64,000 bases of DNA from Octopus sinensis (taxonomy: Eukaryota). The position numbers and the translations under genes are program-made. The DNA is taken from positions 41,044,001 through 41,108,000 of the forward strand of contig NC_043008.1 in the NCBI RefSeq assembly GCF_006345805.1. The letters are read 5' to 3'. Shown one piece after another: positions 54,492 through 64,000 of the stretch (position 1 is its first letter; the number at the start of each line of letters is the position of its first letter). A model generated the notes under the pieces. That model did not search any database. It had not been told where the DNA came from and worked only from the letters and a program-made list of their open reading frames with translations.

Positions 54492-56998
54492 ATGGATTTT
54501 ACAGGTAAGATAGAACCGCTGTTTGGGATTCATCTTTGAAAGATATTCCTATTCCTTCTAGAAAGGAATTTATCTTGAAACTTGTTAATAATGTTAAAGA
54601 TTTTATTTCTAGAATTAAATGGAAAGCTTTTTACTATAATTTTTATTTATTTAATGATATTGATAGTAGGAATGATAATTTTACCTCTAAATTTAAATCT
54701 AGAAAGGAACCTCCATTTAAAGAATTACAATTACTTGAAGATAGTATATGGAAGGTGGTAAAAAATATTGAATTCCATAAATACCCAAATAGAAATAATG
54801 AATATTTAAGGAATTTAGCAATTAAAATTAAAGATGAGAAATATGGATGGTATTATAGTACAATCTGATAAAAACAAGGAACCTATATAAATTAGATGTT
54901 AAATTATATGATAAACTATTAGGAAAAGAAATAATTAAAAAATATAAAATTGTTCCAGATGATATTCTTTATAATATTAATAAGGCCTCTAAAGTAGTAA
55001 TGTTAAAATATGAGTTGGATAATAAAACTGAACCTTATGTACCTTTGCACCCCAGAATTACTTTTAAAGACCATAAAGATAATTTTTATTCAGACCCTAA
55101 AGTTAGATTAATTTGCCCATGTAAATCGGACCTAGGTAAATTAAGTAAATTTATTTTAGATAAATATATTGATAGGTTAAATAAACTTAATTATTTAAAA
55201 TTATGGTTTAGTAATAATAATACATTGAAATGGTTTAATAATATTAAAGATAAAAATCGTTATAAATTTATTCAAATAGATATAGATAATTATTATTCTT
55301 CTATTAATGAAATTGTGTTTAATAAAGCGCTTATTTTCGCAATGAATAAAGTGGGTATGTCACGGGAAGAAGTTAATGTAATTAAAATGGCTAGGAAATC
55401 GCTAATTAAATATAAAAATAAATTATGGGCTAGGAATGATACTAGAGATTGTTTTGATATACCTATGGGAGCACCAGATTCTGCACAGGCTACTGATTTA
55501 GTAGGTATTTTTCTTTTATCTGAACTCCAATTAGAAAATCTTAAGATAGAGGGTTTATATAGAGACGATCTTCTACTAGTTACAAAGAATTGTACTAATA
55601 GGAATCTAGAAGTATATAAGAAAAAACTATATAGTTTCTTTAAAAGATATGGTTTAAGTATTACTATATATAAGGAGAATTATAATGTTAATTATTTAGA
55701 TGTTAATTTTAATCTTATTACAGGTAAAAACAACCATATCATAAACTTAATGAGAACCTTAGATATATAAATGTTAATAGTAATCACCCATTTTCTATTA
55801 AAAAATCGTTGATTAATAATATAAGTAAACGTATTTCATTACTCTCTTATGATATAGAGATTTTTAATAAACATGCTAATTATTATAATGAGGCCCTTAG
55901 AGGGGCAGGTTATAATAGGAATATTAAATTTTATAATATTAGTGATAAAATTTAATTGATAATTTTCGAGATACTTCTAATAATAATTATAATTTTGTTA
56001 GGTTTAGTGGTAAAAATAATAGATATTATAAAAAAAATAATAAAAATGATAAAAATATAAATAAGAATAATAATAATAATAATAATATAATAATAATAAT
56101 AATATAAATAAGAATAATAAAAATTAAAATAAATTTAATAATTATTATAATAATTATATTGATAAAATTAATAATATTAATAATTCCTTAATGCTGTACA
56201 TAGATATAATTTTGATAATAATTTTATAAAATAAAGAATTATAAATATATTTATAATAATGATAATAATAATAAGGTTATTAAGAATAAAATATGGTTAA
56301 TATGTTCCTTATGGAGATCAAGTAAAAACGAATATTATTAAAGAGATTTTAGATGTTATAGAACTGTTTATTAGAGATAATCGTAAATATAGAAACATTT
56401 TCTCTTTTAATAATTTTGGAGTTGGTTATTCTACCACTAATAATGTTGGTAACATTATTTCTTCATTTAATAAATATAAACTGAATAATTTTTATAAAAA
56501 GAAATTATTTGATAAAATATTAATAATGATAAGACTTATATTAATTGTACATGTAGAGATAAATCTAATTGTATATTAAATAATAATTGTGATATTAACG
56601 ATGTAGTGTATAAATGTATAGTTACATTACATGATAATAACTTTAAGAATAATAATTACCCAAAAGCGGTTTATATAGGTTCTACTTCCTCAAAAATAAA
56701 ACTAAGAATCGCACAACATATGAATTCTTTTAAAAATAAAAACTTAATCAACTCAACCGGACTTAGTAAGTACATTTGGAGTCTTAAATCACTAAATATT
56801 AATTATAGTTTAATTTGGGAAATAATTTGTAAAACTAAATCATATACTATAGGAGCTAATTGTTGTTATTTATGCTCTAATGAGTTTAAAGAAATTTTAT
56901 TTTATAAGTATGATAATTTACTTAATACTGGTGAAGAGCGCTAAATAAAATGCAGACATAAGTTACTTTACCTATATAATAAGTTTCATGATAAATAG
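54492..56998 (+). pseudogene. PLE polyprotein: reverse transcriptase plus C-terminal GIY-YIG endonuclease, frameshifted as assembled
   Basis: LKDIPIPSRKEF...RIKWKAF; KVRLICPCKSDLGKLSK; IDIDNYYSSI; FDIPMGAPDS; GLYRDDLL; NYLDV; INVNSNHP; CTCRDKSNC...C..DVVYKC...VYIGST..KLRIAQH...STGLSKYIW...CYLC...KCRH. Confidence 0.92.
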
Positions 56999-59900
56999 CA
57001 ATAATAGTTCCCTATTAGGTTACTTTAGTTTAGTTTAAATTAGTTTAGATAATATACTTTTTGGTTATGTAGTCTAGGCTTTAATTATAGTTAGTCTTTA
57101 TTGATATTTCTTTGTTTTAATTAGTTCATTTTTAATGTATATTAATATAACAGTTTATGGTATGTTAAAACTTTAATAATTTATATTAGATTTTTTTATT
57201 TTCTTTATTTATATATTTTTTTATTTTTATTTTATTTTATTTTATTTTATTATGTATTTTTATTATGCATTTGTTATATGTATTTTGGAGGATATATTTA
57301 TATGTTGATGGGTGTTATTTAGTGGTGTTTTTATTGAGTTTTGTATGTATGTGTGAATGTTTACGATCCCTTTGTTTTTTGTTTTTTATTTGGTATGTTG
57401 AATTGACAGATTTTATTTGGGTATTGTCTGTTATAATAAAGTATACACACCCATAACAAATATAAGTGCCCACTTCATTCGCGCGTACCTGGAATTGCAT
57501 GTGAGCCTCAACATATACACCAAACGGCCACTCCCGCCCTATACGGACAAATAAACACATACATCCCCAAAAATGGGCGTAATCCCACTCACACCAATCA
57601 TATGTATACAATTATACACACTAGAATAAAACATAACTAACCCAAATATACAGAACATATTAAAAATCACCAACAAACCACCATCACAAATGAAACCTAC
57701 ACCCATACAATGACAAAACTCCCCCCTCTATACCCAATTTACACCCACATAGCAATCCCAATATATTCATCCATACATGGACGCACGTGTGTGAAGCACA
57801 TGCACATAATAAATACGTAAAACCCCCCAATACACACTCATATACATACGTATCAAGCTCGACATCCACAGCAATACGCTTACACCCACTCACACCCAGA
57901 TGGGTGAATTGCACAACCAGGGAACGCACACACACACGTGTGCGTATTTTGATTGTGCAACTCGCCCATATGCATGTATGCGGGCGCGATTACATTGTTG
58001 CACATATCGAGCCCAACTAGCATGCATATGTACATGTGAGGGGGTACACGTACATGCCGTGCGCGTGTACCCCCTGCATTTATACCCGTGCGTGAATATA
58101 CACATGGAGACTACCACACAGGTACAAATGTGTATAGTAATGGGAGCCCCATCACTACACTCAATGTATACTCTCACCCATCCGCACGGATTGAAAGCGA
58201 ATTTCCGGTGTATATGTTGAGGCTTATATGTAGCGCTGTGGAGTTGAACGTCGTTTAAATTGTGAATGAATGGGTGGAGTTGGGAATTGTAACCGGGTGG
58301 TGGGCTAGCGTTGCTTGGAATTGGGAATGGAATAGTGTAGTAGTAAGGTAGGCATCGAGAATAGATTTGGGTTACTGCAAGTTGTTTGTTAGAGCTGCTA
58401 AGATGAGCTAAAGCTCATAATTGTATATAATAATTTATTATGGTAGTTTTATTAAAGAATCCATTCATAATAATTTTTTTTAAGTAGTGTTGGTTTGCCA
58501 CGTGGATATAGTTTTTAGTTCCATTTATTCTATTTCTCCATTCATAATTTTAAATGACGTTTACTTTCCATGGCGCGTATTCTTTTTTTACATAAGTTAT
58601 ATTTCTATGGTAACGTAATTTTGGTTTGGTTTTTTTAACGGCTAAGAATTTAATTTCACTTCATAATTTGAAACTGACTTGTAAGTATGTATTTTATTTC
58701 TCCTTATGTCATATTGTTATTTTTGATATTCTGGTTAATTACGATGTATTTAATGTTGTTTTTTATTGGAGTATTTATGTATATGAGATTGTGTGTGAGA
58801 TTTTAGTTGTATAATTTATTTATCTGTATGAGTGTGGGTGTGTAAATATTGTTGTATATATCGAGTTTAGTGAGTATGTATATGCGTATATGTGAGGGAG
58901 TATATGTATCTGTTGTGTGTGTGTGTTTTGCGTGTGTGTGTGTTTGTGTGTGAATGTGTATATGGGTTTGTTATTTAGGTTTTGGGATGTATGTGTTAAT
59001 TTGTCTGTGTGGGGAGGGAGTGGGTTTTTGGTGTATATTGAGGTTTATAAGTTAGTATAGGTATGTGTATAAGTCGTGGGTCTGTGGTTTACGTGTGTGT
59101 TTTTTTGTGTGTGAATGTTTAGGTTAGGGGGATTGCTATATAGGTTTGTTATAGAGTTTAGCAAAGGGAGATTTTATCGTTATATGTTTTTAAGAGTTTT
59201 GGTTTATCATGGTTTTTTTTAGGGAATTCGTGGTAATTTGTCTATTTTCGATGTTGGTTGTTTTATTACATTGTTTCATTCATATTTTTGAGTGGTGTTC
59301 GTTTTGCCACGTGAATATTATTTTTAATTCCATTTATTCCATTTCTCCATTCATTATTTTAAAAGATGTTCGTTTCCAGAGCGGTTATACTTTTTATACA
59401 TATGTTAAGTTCCTTGGTAAAGTAATTTTGTTTGGTGTATATGTTGAGGCTTATATGTACTTGTGGGTGTGTGTGAGTGGGGTGGGTGTTTGTATTTGTT
59501 ATGGGTGTGTGGTTTACGTGTGTGTATTTGTGTGTGAATGTATAGGTTAAAGGGATTGCTATATAAGTATGTTATAGTGTTTAGTAAAGGGAGGTTTTAT
59601 CATTTATGTTTTGTGAGTTTTAGCTTATCATGGTAGTTTTATAAAAGAATCCATTCATAATTTTTGTGTTTATTTGTCTGTGTGGGGTTGAGTGGGTTTT
59701 TGGAGTATATGTTGAGGTTTATATGTATGTATAGGTATGTGTAAGTGGTGTGGGTATTTGTATATGTCGTGGGTGTGTGGTTTACGTGTGTGTATTTGTG
59801 TGTGAATGTTTAGGTTAGGGGGATTGCTATATAGGTATGTTATAGAGTTTAGTAAGGGAGATTTTATCATTATATGTTTTTATGAGTTTTGTTTATCATG

Positions 59901-60517
59901 GTAGGTTTGTTAAGGAATTCGTAGTAATTTGTGTCTATTTGCGATGTCTGTTGTTTTATTGCATTGTTTCATTCATAATTTTTAAGTAGTGTTCGTTTTA
60001 CCAAGTGAATATAATTTTTAATTCCATTTATTCCATTTCTCCGTTCATAATTTTAAGTGATGTCCGTTTTCTAGAGCGTGAATGGGGGTTGTATGTGTGT
60101 GTGTGTGGGAGTATGAATAAGTATTGTGTTGAAGTATTTAGCTATTTTATTTATTTATAGTTGCCTAGACGTTTTTATGTGTATGTATAGGGATATATAT
60201 ATAGGGGTGTGATTTAGTGTATGTAGTTAGATATGGTTATATATAATTAGGTATAAGTGTATGGTGTATATATAGTTTATTATTATATTATTATTATTTT
60301 TTTTTGTTTTGTTTTATATTTTATATTTTATATTTTATATTTTATATTTAATTGTTGATAGGTTTATTTTAGTTTATATATTGTTTATATATTGATTATA
60401 TATGGATTATATATAGGTTATATATGGATTATATATTTATATTTTTTCATTCATACTTTAATTATTTTAAAATTATTATTTTTATATTTTAAAATATTGA
60501 TATTTTAGATTGGAAGT

Positions 60518-60560
60518 CCACCTGAAGATTGTCGATCAAGACAAGAAACAATTGTAGTGG
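60518..60560 (+). ncRNA. Minimal type I hammerhead ribozyme in the 3' pLTR
   Basis: Identical motif to 54217-54259. Confidence 0.88.
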
Positions 60561-60787
60561 CGGTTTTTTTGACTATTTATTAAAATTTTATGTATTGATT
60601 AAGTCTTTCCTTGTTTGTTTTGCAAAATAGTGGTTTTGTCTCTAATAATATTTTATAATATTTTACTATAAAATTGGATTTAATCCTAAATCTGATTTTT
60701 TCCCTGTAAATTTGGATTTATTCCCTAATATTTATTATTATATATATATATATATATACATACATATATATATATATACACACATAC

Positions 60788-60854
<67 letters not shown>

Positions 60855-60874
60855 GTATACATATATGTATATAC

Positions 60875-61039
60875 CACGAGCTGCTTTTCAGTTGCCGTCT
60901 AGCAAATGCACTCACAAGGCTTTGGTTGGCCCGAGGCTATAGCAGAAGACACTTGCCCACGGTGCCATGTTAGGCAGTAGGTCTGAGCCCGGATCCATGT
61001 GGTTTGGAAGCAAGCTTCTTAACATACAGCCACGCCTGC

Positions 61040-61040
<1 letters not shown>
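60875..61040 (-). mobile_element. SINE family A, 5' half
   Basis: ttttcagttgccgtctagcaaatgcactcacaaggctttggttggcccgaggctatagc. Confidence 0.8.
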
Positions 61041-61109
<69 letters not shown>

Positions 61110-62839
61110 TCAAAGGATATACTAAGTATGTCTACCGGCTGGAAATAAAAGTGAAAACTTATTTAAATCACTAAAATACACTGATAATAACTTAACTACA
61201 GAAATCAACCGTCGGAATGGAAACGAGCTACGGCGATCTTTCAGGATAGGCTCAAGTATTTGGATTCACATGGAACGGTTTCTGGACTGGCAAAATTGCC
61301 TAGCTTTCTTCAGCAAGCGTTACCATGAGAGAGAGAGAGAGAGAGAGAGGGAGGGAGCGAGTGAGTGAGAGAGAGAGAGAGAGAGAGAGAAGAGAGAGAG
61401 AGACCCAACCCATCGTGTCGAATCCTCCGCTGCAAGTAATTCGTTATGCGCCGAAAAGTCATGGCAGCCATCAATGTGAAAATAATTTCAATGCTGACCA
61501 AGTAATTTTTCCCGTGAATTATCCACATAATTCCTACCAGGATTAAGACCGAGTCTGAGCCAAGCCTAATATAATAAGTTTCTTTGTCCTAGATATCGGA
61601 TGGATGTCAAGTGTGTTATTCCACAGCTGTAGCCTAATGTAATAATTACGGAAATTCTCCCTGCGATAGATTAAGAAAAGAGAGAAATTTCAATTAGGTT
61701 TCTATTCATATCTGCTACGTAATTATCCCTACGAGAACATAATAAATATAGATAATTTAAACAATTAATTTTTTATATAATCAAATTTGAATAGATAAAA
61801 GAATTGTTGTTTTGAAGATGTAATTATTTATATATTTTTTGTAGTAGTTACACGTAGAAGACTTAGATATTTAATTATATACATTTATATACACATAATT
61901 TATTATCGCATGTTGTGATGACAAGAGACTATCTTGGGCATCAAAGGGTTTCAATTGATATGTGTTTGAAATATAATGAAGTGAATTTCAATGGTTGTGG
62001 ATTGCACTTACACGACTGCATCGTTCGTTAAAATGTTTTTGTTATTCTTTAATGGTAATTGATGTAAGATTGAATAATTAACGCTCACGCACATAATAGA
62101 GACGTTTGAATTTATTTTTACAATCCAGCCGTCCTTCCAGAGAGGATTTCGTCTTTCCGAACCGATGGAACCTGAAGTGACTTATATATAATTGAACTGT
62201 AATTATGTATATCAGAAAAAAAAACATAAATATAAGTCGAAACAATTTGATGGGCTTTTACTGTTTATATAATTATTTATATTATGTTATTTTATTTATC
62301 ATATTCATAGTATCTTATGTCATATTCTAATATAAATAAATTATGACTATCAATAGAATATATCTATCTTTATATATATATATCTTATATACAAACACTC
62401 ATACACGCAAATATGGTCAAAAACTGCCCTCAGAATGATATTGAACTCGCAAAACGATTTCTAAATGAACAATCAATAATTATTTGTCATTTTGTTTTCT
62501 AGAGTATATTGCAATTCAAATCCAAACCTAAATTACTCACATATGCACTTTTCTCGTTTGTTCAATTCTGTTTCCATTTCTTGACATCCATCCAACTTAT
62601 TACTTTGGGCTTGATTCAGATTCGATCTTATACCTGGTAGGAATTATATTGATAGCGGGTTTACTACTTGTAACCTTAGGTATCCACAAGTTTTCAGCGG
62701 GCTTTCAAATGCTTTGAACCCTCCTGGAAATGCTTGCTCTTCCTAAGAGACAAACTTTCTGTAGGAGCTCTACCGGGCATTATCTTTCAATCTCCATCAA
62801 CCATTTGTATATATCTTGGCTTACTGTTCTCAACACACC

Positions 62840-62857
62840 AATTATTATTATTATTAT

Positions 62858-62904
<47 letters not shown>

Positions 62905-62929
62905 GTAGTGGTGGTGGTGGTGGTGGTGA

Positions 62930-62985
<56 letters not shown>
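62840..62985. repeat. (TAT)n/(TAG)n/(TGG)n trinucleotide microsatellite
   Basis: Seen directly; source of the poly-S/V/L/T ORFs. Confidence 0.95.
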
Positions 62986-63409
62986 TATTCCATGGAAGTT
63001 GACTTTGCCCTTCATCCATTAACGGTGGATGAAATAAGTAGCAGTTAAATATTGGATTCGATATATCAACTAGCCCCATCCGACCAAAATAGTAAAAAGA
63101 TTAACATTATGATTACTGTATTTTATTTCTATAAGCGTGGTTTTGTTTTAAAAGTAAATGTATTTGACACTTAGCGATTAGTTATCCGTTCTGAGTTTCA
63201 ACATTTCTACGACACCTGCTCATGTCATATCGCCCAGTGTGCTAATAGAGACATAATCGGCTAGACGAAGTCTAAACTAGCACTCCTATGAAATGAACAC
63301 GATTACAAGGGTTGCTGGATATCCAACTTCACGAACGAATATAGGAAAAGAAACGGTCATTCTAGTACAGGGATAACAGAGAGTAACTTTAGAAGTGCCT
63401 AAAGTATTA

Positions 63410-63642
63410 TGTCCTTATTGCCTACAGGGGGCTAAACATAGAGGAGACAAACAACGACAGACAAAGGGAGCAAGCCTATTATATCGACTCCAGTGCGTAA
63501 CTGGTACTTATGTAATCGACCCCGAAAGGATGAAAGGCCGAGTCGACCTCGGCGGAATTTTAACACAGAACGTAACGGCAAACGAAATATAGTTAGTCAG
63601 TTCGCCCAGCGTGCTATCGATTTCGTCCGCTCGCTGCCCTTA
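63410..63642 (-). mobile_element. SINE family B copy
   Basis: Reverse complement matches 62-290. Confidence 0.8.
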
Positions 63643-64000
63643 AGTGACTAAAATATTGGACATGGTCTTTCAGTGAGTTACGCCTAAATGATGTGGGGAT
63701 CAAATTTCTCGTGTAACATCTAATATACGTATTGTATTGAATTCAATGTTTATTCATGTTTCTAGACGCTGTATTGTAGGAATATTTGGGCTTACTGGCG
63801 AGAAGCATATTGTGTCATTACTTATTATGATTTGGTTGATTCTGCCATTTAACAATATCCTAGTGATTAAACTATTCGATTTTGAAATCGACTCGGATGT
63901 ATTTTTTTTTTTATTTCGAGTTACTGTACATACAATAATTCACTGATCAACCAGCCTGGAAGCTTTTAAATGGTAAATTATGGAGTTATATATTGTAAAC

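Larger units (their letters stand above)
52385..60740 (+). mobile_element. Penelope-like element complex: inverted pLTR (52385-53632), truncated 5' pLTR (53633-54440), ORF, long 3' region and pLTR ending at 60740, inserted in (TA)n
   Basis: 53633-54440 matches 59924-60740; 52385-53632 matches the reverse complement of about 59405-60655; RT and GIY-YIG ORF between them; (TA)n on both flanks. Confidence 0.95.

Noticed and set aside
54503-54512. Perfect donor-like AG|GTAAGA near the PLE start codon (PLEs can retain introns)
   Set aside because: A single homopolymer indel joins ATG 54492 to the ORF without splicing, and no acceptor fits.

Overview
AT-rich, repeat-dominated eukaryotic DNA. The SINE families and microsatellite load look like an octopus (coleoid cephalopod) genome; this is recognition from memory, not a database hit. 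No host protein-coding gene can be called with confidence. Nearly all listed ORFs are translations of (TA)n, (CA)n or (TAA)n repeats or of SINEs. The window holds three tRNA-derived SINE families, L2/CR1-type, RTE-type and R4/Dong-type LINE remnants (the last in (TAA)n arrays), Tigger, Tc1, mariner and Tc2-like DNA transposon remnants, and a non-autonomous Helitron. The main feature is an ~8.4-kb Penelope-like element (PLE) complex at 52385-60740. It has an RT plus GIY-YIG ORF broken almost only by homopolymer indels, an Asn-rich insert, direct and inverted pseudo-LTRs, and three copies of a minimal hammerhead ribozyme. Several other unrelated hammerhead-like motifs occur elsewhere, two of them in near-perfect head-to-head palindromes (36.4-37.0 kb with a variant CCGAUGA core; 27.1-27.2 kb). 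Other notable items are a tandemly duplicated ~245-nt long-hairpin module (20.7-21.8 kb) and a SINE/LINE 3' stem-loop showing compensatory base changes.
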